DNA of 64,000 bases, from positions 7,484 to 71,483 of the forward strand of contig CAYMOY010000001.1 of assembly GCA_964392435.1 (NCBI GenBank), written 5' to 3'. The DNA is from Candidatus Micrarchaeota archaeon. GTDB taxonomy: Archaea > Micrarchaeota > Micrarchaeia > Anstonellales > Anstonellaceae. The position numbers were made by a program, and so were the translations under genes. Below, one piece after another: positions 10,215-19,672 of this stretch. The notes beneath the pieces are model-generated. The model was not told the origin of the DNA. It was given only the letters and a program-made list of their open reading frames with translations, and ran no database searches. Positions within the stretch are counted from its first letter, which is position 1; each line of letters starts with the position of its first letter.

Positions 10215-10805
10215 ATGGACAATGCATTCGGCAGAAAATACAAGCGGGTGCTGGAGATACTCCCAGATGTTGCGGAGTGCGCAGGGGAAAAACTGATCCT
10301 GGTGGGCGGGACCGCCCTTGCCCTCTTCCATTTGAAACATCGCGTCAGCGTAGATTTGGATTTCGTGCCTGCCGGCGGCAACGACATCAGGCTAAAGGAA
10401 GAGCTCAAAGGCTGTATGTCAAAGAGAGGCTACCGGACCTCTCCTGGGCGCTTCAAAAACCAGTTCGTGGTGCAGTTTGAGGACACCAGCATAAAAGTGG
10501 AGATTTTCATCCCAGACAGGAAAATCAAGCGCGTCGAAGAGCACGAATTTTGCGCCAGAAAGATACGGGTGGCTTCCTGCGAGGACATTTTTCAGATGAA
10601 AATTGCCGCCTATAAGGACAGGAGAGAGGCGCGCGACCTGTTTGACATATTCTGCATACTTCAGGCCCGCGGGCGGGATTTTGGCATGGTGAAGAAACTA
10701 TTATCCGGCGGCATGCCGAAAAATATCGGCGACCTGGAGATTATGGCGCTTAACCGGTCTGATGCGACTGGATTGCGGAAGGTGATTCTTGATGCTTCTT
10801 CCTAA
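10215..10805 (+). CDS. Nucleotidyltransferase, AbiEii-like toxin
   Basis: LVGGTALALFHLKHRVSVDLDF, KIAAY..R..ARDLFDI. Confidence 0.85.
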   Translation: MDNAFGRKYKRVLEILPDVAECAGEKLILVGGTALALFHLKHRVSVDLDFVPAGGNDIRLKEELKGCMSKRGYRTSPGRFKNQFVVQFEDTSIKVEIFIPDRKIKRVEEHEFCARKIRVASCEDIFQMKIAAYKDRREARDLFDIFCILQARGRDFGMVKKLLSGGMPKNIGDLEIMALNRSDATGLRKVILDASS

Positions 10806-11346
10806 GCAGGCAATCAGTTTCCGGTCTCTTTTCGCCCAGGGCTTTGCCAAAACAGAAATCTCATCAATGTCCGCTTCTCTCAAGCTGTTTCCCTCCCCTT
10901 TCAAGGGGATTTATTATGTGCCTTTGGAGGAGGAAAGGAAAGGCGGGTTCATCGAAAAGCCGCTTGCGGCGCTATCCCAGGCAATTCGCATTTTCCTGGG
11001 AAATAGCAATTTTTATTTCAGCTGCCAGACCGCTGAGGAGGCGCTCGGATTTGACTGGCAGCCCTCGGGCAGCGTGCATGTGGTCAATGAGAGGCTTTCC
11101 AGGCGGATAAACCTGAACCGAAGGATTGAGGCAAACCGTGCAAAAGGCAGCTGGCGCTCAAGGAAAATTGCGAAGCTGCTTTCATTTTACGGGACCGAGA
11201 TAGTGTTCCATCGCGGCAGCATTGAACGCGCCAGGACAAAACAGATGCCTTACGGGCAATTCGCGCGCCTGTCGCAAATAAAAAAAGACAGGAAAAGGTT
11301 CAGGGAAATCAAGGGAAACAGCGGCGGCATGGGCGGGGACTACTAA
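10792..11346 (+). CDS. Putative AbiEi-like partner; C-terminus GGMGGDY taken from the thermosome repeat
   Basis: Overlaps toxin stop; KGIYYVP, YFSCQTA...LGF..Q pattern. Confidence 0.55.
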   Translation: MLLPKQAISFRSLFAQGFAKTEISSMSASLKLFPSPFKGIYYVPLEEERKGGFIEKPLAALSQAIRIFLGNSNFYFSCQTAEEALGFDWQPSGSVHVVNERLSRRINLNRRIEANRAKGSWRSRKIAKLLSFYGTEIVFHRGSIERARTKQMPYGQFARLSQIKKDRKRFREIKGNSGGMGGDY

Positions 11347-11420
11347 GGCTTTTTTCTTTTTTACTTTTTTTGTTTCTTCCTTTTCTTTCTATAGTGCTTG
11401 TCATGCGCTTTTCCATGCAC

Positions 11421-12449
11421 TCACTTCTCATCCGGCGCACACAGCCTTTCCGATATTTTCTTTCCTGAAGGAAGGTATTTTGAGAGGCTATGCGGCAGCT
11501 GCGCGGTCATCCTATAAGTGGAAACACCGATTGGTTTTTTTACCTCTTTCAGCGCATACTCCACAATCGTCCTGTCCTTGCTCTTGCAGATGATTATTCC
11601 AATCGAAGGCTTTTCGCCCCCCATTCTCACCTTGTCATCAAGCACCGAGAGATAGAATTGCATCTTTCCCGCGTACTCAGGCATGAACTCCCCGACTTTT
11701 AACTCTATTGCCACGAGGCATTTCAACTTCCTGTGGTAAAGCAGCAGGTCAACAAAAAACTCGCTGCCGCCGACTTCAAGCCGGAACTGGTTCCCAATAT
11801 AGCAGAAACTGCCGCCCATTTCCACAAGAAAGCTTCTCACCCGTTTCATGAGCGCGCCTTTCAGTTCTTTTTCAGAATGCTCCCCTCCCAGCTCAAGAAA
11901 ATCAAACGTGTACTCATCTTTGACTGCCAGCTTTGCCTGCCCTTTGTACCTGGCTGGCAAGGCTTTATCGAAATTAGTCTGGTTTGTGAGATATTTCTCA
12001 TACGACCTATTCTCAATCTGGTGGATAAGCACGCTTTTCGTCCAGCCAAACTTCCGGATCATTTTGATATAGAACTCCCTTTCAAGGTCGTTTTTGCACT
12101 TCTCCATGACAACTAGGTTCTTAGCCCAGCTGATTTCTCGCACCAATGGTGCGAGTTTTGCATTTTTGCAGTAGCTTTGGTAGAAATTCCGCATTCTCCA
12201 AAGACTGGCGGGGGAAAAGCCATGCACACCGGGATACTCCTTCTGCAGATCAAACGCAAGCCTTTCTACAATCGCCTTGCCCCAGCTGAACTTTTCCTGC
12301 TTCTCGGCTATTTCCCTGCCGATGTCCCAGTAAAGATTAACGAGCTCCTTATTGACTGCCTTCAGCGCGGAATACTGCGCCTCCCGTATCCTGTTCTTAA
12401 TCTCAATTACAAAATCCCTGTAGCCAGATTCCTTTACGAGCGCACTCAT
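11421..12449 (-). CDS. YhcG / DUF1016 PDDEXK nuclease-like protein
   Basis: LYWDIG, WGKAIVERLA.DL, KDEYTFDFL, VDLLLYHRKLKCLVAIELK, GKMQFYL. Confidence 0.9.
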   Translation of the reverse strand: MSALVKESGYRDFVIEIKNRIREAQYSALKAVNKELVNLYWDIGREIAEKQEKFSWGKAIVERLAFDLQKEYPGVHGFSPASLWRMRNFYQSYCKNAKLAPLVREISWAKNLVVMEKCKNDLEREFYIKMIRKFGWTKSVLIHQIENRSYEKYLTNQTNFDKALPARYKGQAKLAVKDEYTFDFLELGGEHSEKELKGALMKRVRSFLVEMGGSFCYIGNQFRLEVGGSEFFVDLLLYHRKLKCLVAIELKVGEFMPEYAGKMQFYLSVLDDKVRMGGEKPSIGIIICKSKDRTIVEYALKEVKKPIGVSTYRMTAQLPHSLSKYLPSGKKISERLCAPDEK

Positions 12450-12524
12450 TTCAACCACATCGCGCAAATGTGGGCAGTTCCACGCATTAAAAACATTCAC
12501 AGGGTAGCATGCCAGTAGTTTTTC

Positions 12525-13409
12525 TCACTTCCTTTCCCATCCCCTTGCCATCTCCTTTTCCAGGAATCTCACCAGGGGCGCCACCCCGCGATTGGTCTCG
12601 TAAGCGTGAAGCGCAGAATAGTAGGCGTGCCTTTTCCGGTAAAAGATGACCACGGGCGGCAGGCCGTTTTTCAGCAGTATGTTGTTCATCAGCAGCCTTC
12701 CCACCCTGCTCGTGCCTTCACGGAAAGGGCGGATGTTCTCGAACTGGCAATGCACCAGTGCGGCAAGCACCAGCGGATGGCGCCTTTCCCTGTTGTTATT
12801 ATACCATTCCGCCAGCCCAAAAAGCAAGCCCTTCACCTGGCTCCAGGGGGCGCCCCTGTGCACAATCTCGCCCTGCCGGTTCCTTACCACCAAGTCGACG
12901 CGCCTCAGTTTCCCTGCAAACGGCTCGGAATTCCTGAAAGCCGCCTTGTGCAGCTCCAGCATCAAAGGAACGGACAGGTGCGTTTTTGTCTCAGCCAGCA
13001 TCCTTGTTGCTCTTGCAACCCCGTAGGTTTCGGCAATGTCCTCCTTTGGCTTGTCGGGCCAGAGGTTGTTCTTCAATATCTCGCCTGCCTCCCTCCGGGT
13101 AATGCTTGAGCCTTCGATGGCATTGCTGTTGTAGGTGAAATCCACCACAAATTCCTCCCACTTCTTTTTTCCCACCCTTGCCCTCATTGCCCTTGCCTCC
13201 ACGCTGCCAAATGCGATTTCCCACTGCCCCATCAGCTTTTCCCTGCCCTCAAGCTGCTTTCTGGCAGCCTCGTGTTTGAGCACCAGCTCCTCCCTTCCCA
13301 AATTGGTGCCCAGGTAAACCCTGTCTTTCCTCACCTTCTGCCCCTGCCGGTACGAGCGGGTCAGGTAGAATTTCCTCATTTTCCTTTTTCCCCTTGCCTC
13401 AATGTACAT
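12525..13409 (-). CDS. Fic-family protein with degenerate active site
   Basis: FTYNSNAIEGSSIT; HCQFENIRPFREGTSRVGRLLMN. Confidence 0.8.
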   Translation of the reverse strand: MYIEARGKRKMRKFYLTRSYRQGQKVRKDRVYLGTNLGREELVLKHEAARKQLEGREKLMGQWEIAFGSVEARAMRARVGKKKWEEFVVDFTYNSNAIEGSSITRREAGEILKNNLWPDKPKEDIAETYGVARATRMLAETKTHLSVPLMLELHKAAFRNSEPFAGKLRRVDLVVRNRQGEIVHRGAPWSQVKGLLFGLAEWYNNNRERRHPLVLAALVHCQFENIRPFREGTSRVGRLLMNNILLKNGLPPVVIFYRKRHAYYSALHAYETNRGVAPLVRFLEKEMARGWERK

Positions 13410-13735
13410 GCACCATCTTGGGTGCCTACAATTTATTAATGCTTTCCAAAAGGTGACCACAAAACAGGCAAATCTTCCTCTGCTCCCCCCTTTTTTCCCA
13501 TCTGCCCCCGCCGCAAGAAAGCGCATCCGGCCCTTCCAAAAGCTGAACCGGCGCATCCTTGGCTCTTTGCGCGCGCAAGGGGGGCGAAGAAATGCTTAAA
13601 AACATTACTTTCGAAGCGTCTGAACGTGGAAGGCAGAATACAGGGCAGTTCAGACTTTTCCAGATGCGAGCACGAGCCCAGCCCCCACAAGGCAATAATT
13701 TTCAGCCAGCGTCAGTACTAATCGAGGTGAGCCAT

Positions 13736-16700
13736 ATGGTGTCCCAAAACACAAAGCAAACGTCCGCGCGCATCTTTTCCGCGATTCTATTCGTAGCGCT
13801 TTTCGCCGGGACGGTTGCTGCCGCGTCAAGTGTAACATCGGTTTCAGCAACTACTGCAAACGGTTCCTATAAGGCCGGTTCCTTCATAAATATAACAGTA
13901 ACATTCAACGAATCGACCTATTATATCGGCGGTATTGGAAATCCCTATTTGCTTTTGAATGTGACTACTGGTGGAAGAAATGTGTCCATATTCTCTCCAG
14001 CTCCTGGAATGGGCTCATTGATATTTAACTTCAACTATACAGTTCAGGAAGGCGACACTTCTGCAGTTTTAGACTATATGAACAATGCATCTCTCACCGG
14101 TAGCATTAAGACCATGGAGGACTCTTCGTCATCCATCTTGACTCTTCCAAATCCTGGTGCGGCAGGTTCGCTTGGCGCGAACAAGAATATTACAATCGAC
14201 ACGTCCATCCCAGGAATCACATCAATCAGCACCAACACAACCGACGGCTCTTACAAGGCAGGGACCAAAATCTACCTGTTCGTTGTCTACAACGACTCTG
14301 TAACAGTGTCAGGCGGAACGCCGACAATCGACCTTAACTCAGCAGGAACTGCCCAGTATGTGGGCGGCTCAGGCTCCACCAACCTCTCCTTCCTATACAC
14401 TGTCGCTGCAGGCGAGAACTCTGCAGGGCTGGTCTACAACACGACAACTTCTCTTAACCTCAACGGCGCCACAATCAGGGACGCTGCAGGCAACGACGCG
14501 GTCGAAACCCTGCCAGCAACCGCGACATTCACAGGGGCACACGCAATTGTCATCGACACCATACCCCCGGTAATCACCGGCCTTGCGCTTTCCCCAAGCA
14601 GCGGCTACGCCAAGATAGGTGATGTAATCCACCTGGCGATAACAGCTGACGCGGCAGGCTACACCAACACATCAATAACGGTCAACGGCATCCCGGCAGA
14701 GGATTTCGAGGACCTGACCGGCGGCGCCTACGGAGTTAACTACACAATCGCAACCGGCCACAGCGACAGGGCAGCAGGGTTAGTCCCTGCAAGCGTCACC
14801 CTGTCCGACGCCGCTGGCAACTCAGTGACGTATTCCACAGTGGGTGCGAACACACTTGAAATAATCGCAAATGCGCCAATAGTCTCCTCAAACGCAATTG
14901 TCACTCCCGCGGGCTCCTACAAGGCTGCGGATGTTTTGAGCTTCTCGGTAACCTACAACAAGACAGTGGTGGTGACCGGCACGCCCAGAATAAAGCTCAA
15001 TGTTGTGGGAGCTGCCACCAGGTATGCGAATTTTGTCTCAGGCAACGATTCGGCCATTCTGGTGTTCAATTACACGGTGGTTGACGGAGACAACTCGGCT
15101 GACCTTGGGGCTGAGGACACAAGCTCGCTTGATCTGAACAGCGGCACAATAAAGGACCTGGCCGGCAACAACGCGGTCAACACGCTTGATGACGACTTCA
15201 CAGGAAGCAGCGTGGTAGTTGACACGTCCATCCCTGGAATAACGTCAATCAGCACCAACACAACCGACGGCTCTTACAAGGCAGGGACCAAAATCTACCT
15301 GTTCGTTGTCTACAACGACTCTGTAACAGTGTCAGGCGGAACGCCGACAATCGACCTTAACTCAGCAGGAACTGCCCAGTATGTGGGCGGCTCAGGCTCC
15401 ACCAACCTCTCCTTCCTATACACTGTCGCTGCAGGCGAGAACTCTGCAGGGCTGGTCTACAACACGACAACTTCTCTTAACCTCAACGGCGCCACAATCA
15501 GGGACGCTGCAGGCAACGACGCGGTCGAAACCCTGCCAGCAACCGCGACATTCACAGGGGCACACGCAATTGTCATCGACACCATACCCCCGGTAATCAC
15601 CGGCCTTGCGCTTTCCCCAAGCAGCGGCTACGCCAAGATAGGTGATGTAATCCACCTGGCGATAACAGCTGACGCGGCAGGCTACACCAACACATCAATA
15701 ACGGTCAACGGCATCCCGGCAGAGGATTTCGAGGACCTGACCGGCGGCGCCTACGGAGTTAACTACACAATCGCAACCGGCCACAGCGACAGGGCAGCAG
15801 GGTTAGTCCCTGCAAGCGTCACCCTGTCCGACGCCGCTGGCAACTCAGTGACGTATTCCACAGTGGGTGCGAACACACTTGAAATAATCGCACATCTGCC
15901 TGTGGTTTCTTCAGTTAGCTCGGATGGTCGGACATTCAATACTGGGGGCAGTTCAACCTCTATAATAACAGTTACTTTCAACAAGAGCATGAGTGTTGCC
16001 CCCTCAATATCTGTCAACAGCTTAAGTTTAACAGTGAATGACTGTGGCGACTCGAATGCAACGACTTTCTGCATTGCCTACCAAATACCGAGCTCATACG
16101 CAGGCAGTATGACTATACAGATTTCCGGGGCAAAGGACCTGGCAGGAAACACGATGGCGGCGGACAACTCGCACACTTTCGATGTTGACACCGTCCTGCC
16201 CACAGTGACCGCATCCTCGCCGCAGGGAGGCACTTCCGCATCCTCGCCCATTACAATTAACGTGACCACCAGCATAGCGGCATACTGCAAGTATGACACG
16301 CAGGACCGGTCGTATGCCACAATGGCATACAACTTCAGCAACGGGCAGGGAACAACCGCGCACACAAGCAGCGTGGCACTCGCCTCGCAGGGGCTCAACA
16401 ACATCTACGTGGCTTGCGCGAGCATGAACGGAAGCGCAATGACCTCATCTGTGAGGCTGTACACCACATATGACACCACCAGCAACTTCAACTACACCAA
16501 GCAGCTCAACCTTGGGTGGAACGACATGCCTCTGCCCAGAGTGGTTCTGGAGGACCTCGACTCGTTCTCTGACGGGAACTACAGCGTGGTGAACGTGCTT
16601 GAGACAAAGGGCGGGATAGGCGGCAGCTACGACTACCTGTACTACCGCAACGGCACCTCCTGCTCGTCGCAGAACGGGAGCTGCTGGCTGTTCTACGACC

Positions 16701-16798
16701 CGTCACTTGTGACTGGCACCCTGTCTGAGTTCAACGACTGGGACAACCTGCCATACTGGATACACATGAACGCCAGCGACAGGCTGGAGCTCAACTAG
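13736..16798 (+). CDS. Large secreted Ig-like repeat surface glycoprotein
   Basis: GAGGTGA RBS, signal peptide, repeated GSYKAG...YTV...DAAGN...IDT modules, many N-x-S/T sequons. Confidence 0.85.
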   Translation: MVSQNTKQTSARIFSAILFVALFAGTVAAASSVTSVSATTANGSYKAGSFINITVTFNESTYYIGGIGNPYLLLNVTTGGRNVSIFSPAPGMGSLIFNFNYTVQEGDTSAVLDYMNNASLTGSIKTMEDSSSSILTLPNPGAAGSLGANKNITIDTSIPGITSISTNTTDGSYKAGTKIYLFVVYNDSVTVSGGTPTIDLNSAGTAQYVGGSGSTNLSFLYTVAAGENSAGLVYNTTTSLNLNGATIRDAAGNDAVETLPATATFTGAHAIVIDTIPPVITGLALSPSSGYAKIGDVIHLAITADAAGYTNTSITVNGIPAEDFEDLTGGAYGVNYTIATGHSDRAAGLVPASVTLSDAAGNSVTYSTVGANTLEIIANAPIVSSNAIVTPAGSYKAADVLSFSVTYNKTVVVTGTPRIKLNVVGAATRYANFVSGNDSAILVFNYTVVDGDNSADLGAEDTSSLDLNSGTIKDLAGNNAVNTLDDDFTGSSVVVDTSIPGITSISTNTTDGSYKAGTKIYLFVVYNDSVTVSGGTPTIDLNSAGTAQYVGGSGSTNLSFLYTVAAGENSAGLVYNTTTSLNLNGATIRDAAGNDAVETLPATATFTGAHAIVIDTIPPVITGLALSPSSGYAKIGDVIHLAITADAAGYTNTSITVNGIPAEDFEDLTGGAYGVNYTIATGHSDRAAGLVPASVTLSDAAGNSVTYSTVGANTLEIIAHLPVVSSVSSDGRTFNTGGSSTSIITVTFNKSMSVAPSISVNSLSLTVNDCGDSNATTFCIAYQIPSSYAGSMTIQISGAKDLAGNTMAADNSHTFDVDTVLPTVTASSPQGGTSASSPITINVTTSIAAYCKYDTQDRSYATMAYNFSNGQGTTAHTSSVALASQGLNNIYVACASMNGSAMTSSVRLYTTYDTTSNFNYTKQLNLGWNDMPLPRVVLEDLDSFSDGNYSVVNVLETKGGIGGSYDYLYYRNGTSCSSQNGSCWLFYDPSLVTGTLSEFNDWDNLPYWIHMNASDRLELN
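14198..15892 (+). repeat. Intragenic direct repeat of about 670 bp (14198-14869 and 15221-15892, offset 1023 bp)
   Basis: Copies read identical from 14222/15245 onward; 3 synonymous differences at the start. Confidence 0.92.
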
Positions 16799-16855
16799 CC
16801 CCCATTTTTTATTTTTTTCATTTTTTTGTTTTTCAAGCTTTAAACGAGGTGTACT

Positions 16856-18445
16856 ATGGTCGCAAAAAACGCGCTGCTCTTCGCAGCATTGCTTGCAAGC
16901 TCCATGTTGTCTGCCGGTATGGGGAGTTGGTACGGGCAGGTGCTCATCAACGGCACGCTGGCAGCTGACGGCACCCTGGTTTGCGCCTATGTGAACGGTG
17001 TTGAAAATTCCAGGGCTTCAGTTGGCAGTTGCCCAGGCAGCCATTATTGCATGACTGTGATAGGCAACACCGGTGACAACGTAACTTTCAAAGTTTTCTG
17101 CGACAGCAATTATCCAGCAAAAGAAGGGGTGCAGGCATGGTCTGCAAGCCCCCCGACCAACATACTAAACCTCACTGTTGATTATGCCTCGGTTGAGGGC
17201 AACGCTTCGGATATAGTCACAAACGGCACCGGCACCCTCAACATAACGATAAACGGCACCGTCCCGGGCAACACCACCTATTATAACGACGTAGAGACCG
17301 TGACCATCTCTTCCCCAAGCGGAGCCATCCTGTCGTTTGGCTACAATTTCAGCAATTCGTTCCTTAATCTTTCCACCATCAGCATAGCAAACGGAACAAG
17401 CGGCGGCGCCTCCTACATATCGGTCAGCGGGGTGAACAACAGCGGCGGGCAGTTCGGCACCAAGACGCTCGTGGTCTACAACACGAGTCCATCATACAAC
17501 TCCATCTGCGTGAAAGACGCTGAAGGGGTGACATACCTGAACATAACCGCCGCCTGCACCGACGCAAATGAGGTGCAGGTGCCCTGCACCGGCACGGCAA
17601 GCGGAATAACCTGCACGAAGTCAGGGACCACCCTCACCATTTCAGGGCTGGTGCACTCCGCAGCCATGCAATTCAACATAGTCACTCCAACGCCAACTCC
17701 CTCGCCTTCAGGCAGCTCATCAAGCGGAGGCGGCTCGGTCGGCGGAGGAGCGGCTGGGGCAACCTCCACCAAGCTGTCCACCGATTATGTTGTGGACATA
17801 GGCACGGCAAACTGCACAGTCAGCCTGAAGCGCGAGCTTGTTTCAGGCAACGTTTCGGTGCTAACAACCAATGTTGAGAACAAAGGGGGAAGCGAGTGCA
17901 CCATGGCGGACTTTGTCTTTTCAGACACCATACCTGACAGCTTCGCATCGATGAACGAGATAAACTTCACCCCGGCATACACCTCGCGCGAGGGCTGGAA
18001 GGTGGCGTTCACTTTCCCGACATTCGTGGGCGGCGAATCCAAGTCAATAACCTACTCGGTTGGCAAGCGGGTGCCCCCCTCAAGGGTGAATAACTTCACC
18101 ACTGTGGAGATGTCTGCGGAGAAGAAGTTGCCTGCGCCCAAGGTCAATGCCCCAACAACAACGCCCAAGGAAGAGCCTGAAGTTGCGCCTCCGGCGCCAG
18201 GTTCCGACAAGGACATACACGGCTGCATAGGCTCGGCAGGCTATGCCTGGTGCGAGGCAAAGCAAAAGTGCCTGCGCGCCTGGGAGGAGGAGTGCGTTGC
18301 GCCGGCAAAGGCCGCCCCGCAGGAGCAGGCGAAATCTGACAACACCGCGCAGATGGCGCTCATAGCTGCAGTCATTCTTGCGGGCATTGCCATAGTCGGC
18401 GCAGGAGTTTACTTTTTGGCAAAGAGGAAGCACAAAAGCAGCTAA
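16856..18445 (+). CDS. Membrane-anchored surface glycoprotein (S-layer-associated-like)
   Basis: Signal peptide, Pro/Thr and Gly/Ser linkers, DKDIHGCIGSAGYAWC..KCLRAWEEEC module, C-terminal TM and basic tail. Confidence 0.8.
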   Translation: MVAKNALLFAALLASSMLSAGMGSWYGQVLINGTLAADGTLVCAYVNGVENSRASVGSCPGSHYCMTVIGNTGDNVTFKVFCDSNYPAKEGVQAWSASPPTNILNLTVDYASVEGNASDIVTNGTGTLNITINGTVPGNTTYYNDVETVTISSPSGAILSFGYNFSNSFLNLSTISIANGTSGGASYISVSGVNNSGGQFGTKTLVVYNTSPSYNSICVKDAEGVTYLNITAACTDANEVQVPCTGTASGITCTKSGTTLTISGLVHSAAMQFNIVTPTPTPSPSGSSSSGGGSVGGGAAGATSTKLSTDYVVDIGTANCTVSLKRELVSGNVSVLTTNVENKGGSECTMADFVFSDTIPDSFASMNEINFTPAYTSREGWKVAFTFPTFVGGESKSITYSVGKRVPPSRVNNFTTVEMSAEKKLPAPKVNAPTTTPKEEPEVAPPAPGSDKDIHGCIGSAGYAWCEAKQKCLRAWEEECVAPAKAAPQEQAKSDNTAQMALIAAVILAGIAIVGAGVYFLAKRKHKSS

Positions 18446-18495
18446 GCTCCCTTTTCTCTTTTTATTTTTTTCCTGAAGAATGGCTAGTGGTGGAT

Positions 18496-19599
18496 ATGCA
18501 AAAAACAATACTGATTTTGGCGCTTGCCTGCCTTATTGCCCCTGCTTGGGCTTCATTCCCCTATGAAAATTTTGTCCCTGACAACATGAGCTACTCAATA
18601 GAGAATTTCACCCACCAGGGAAAGGTCCATCAGGCGCTGCTGGTGCAATCGCAGCTTTACGCCTTTCTTATGCCCCATAATGATTCCACTCTCAAGCCCG
18701 TAGGCGAAATTGGGCTGATAAAAAGCCTTCTTCACAGCTACCATCTCTCCACCGGATACTCCCCGGACACAGTGCAGAACCTGCAGAAGGTGCATGCTGG
18801 GATAGACAACATAAGGAATGCCCGCAAAGAGGGCGAGGCGAAATGCCGGACATTGCTTGGCACAGACCGCCTTCCCTGCGAAAGCTTTGAGACGTGCCTG
18901 CAGGCGTGCTATTCGGTCACCTCGTTCTGCCAGCCAGTCGCCTTGGGGGCTGGCAGGCCATTCATAAACACCGTGTGGGAGTTTGAGAACAACAGCCGCA
19001 TGCTGGATGAGGCGTATGATGCAGAAGCTGCCGCCTACGAGGAGGTCTCAAAGGGAGCAACCTATGAAAACCTGAAGGCATACCTCTCCTCGATAGAGCA
19101 GATAAACAGGCGGGCGACCAAGGCTTCCTCCAGCCAGCTTTACGATTCATACTCATACTGCTTCTCGCCAGACTACTCCATGCCGGCGCTCACCAACCTG
19201 CAGCTTCTGGCGCAAAAGAGCTACTCCAACTTCTCCCGCTTCTTTGAGCTTGATTTTGACTCGCAGGTCATATTGAACCTGACAAATTATGGGCTGAAGA
19301 AAATGGAGTACCTTCGGGCATCCGCCCAGGCAAGCGCTGGCGGGGGGGAACAGAACCAGAGCGTTGGGGGCAGCGAGCTTGCCGAAAAATACCGTTTCCT
19401 CGAAATCACCAGGGGGCTTTTCAAGCTGGGCCCCTACAACCAGTCCTGGGCAAAAAAAGCCGAGCCTGCTCAACCACAGGATGAGGGGCAGCATTTCAAC
19501 ATCCAGACCCTGATGATAGCCTCTCTTGTCTCATTTGGGGCAATCGTGGTGGCAATCCTGGTTTTTTTCAAGATGCGCGATGCCCGGGACAGGCTCTAG
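18496..19599 (+). CDS. Hypothetical secreted protein with C-terminal TM anchor
   Basis: Signal peptide, Cys cluster, C-terminal hydrophobic helix. Confidence 0.7.
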   Translation: MQKTILILALACLIAPAWASFPYENFVPDNMSYSIENFTHQGKVHQALLVQSQLYAFLMPHNDSTLKPVGEIGLIKSLLHSYHLSTGYSPDTVQNLQKVHAGIDNIRNARKEGEAKCRTLLGTDRLPCESFETCLQACYSVTSFCQPVALGAGRPFINTVWEFENNSRMLDEAYDAEAAAYEEVSKGATYENLKAYLSSIEQINRRATKASSSQLYDSYSYCFSPDYSMPALTNLQLLAQKSYSNFSRFFELDFDSQVILNLTNYGLKKMEYLRASAQASAGGGEQNQSVGGSELAEKYRFLEITRGLFKLGPYNQSWAKKAEPAQPQDEGQHFNIQTLMIASLVSFGAIVVAILVFFKMRDARDRL

Positions 19600-19611
19600 C
19601 CCCGCCTGCGA

Positions 19612-19655
19612 ACTATTATTAAATTTTTATACTATTATATAGAATGTATAATAGT
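19612..19655 (+). promoter_or_regulatory. Palindromic operator-like site upstream of inositol-phosphate synthase
   Basis: ACTATTATA-N7-TATAATAGT (19631-19655), extra half site ACTATTAT at 19612. Confidence 0.5.
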
Positions 19656-19672
19656 CATTCAGGGGTGCAATC

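Larger units (their letters stand above)
9920..11362 (+). mobile_element. Small integrated cassette bounded by a 42-bp direct repeat of the thermosome 3' end and T-tract
   Basis: GCGGCGGCATGGGCGGGGACTACTAAGGCTTTTTTCTTTTTT at 9920-9961 and 11321-11362; two accessory genes inside; no recombinase. Confidence 0.7.

Noticed and set aside
14198..15892. DGR template/variable repeat pair
   Set aside because: Copies are nearly identical, both in-frame in one gene, with no adenine-specific mismatches and no reverse transcriptase
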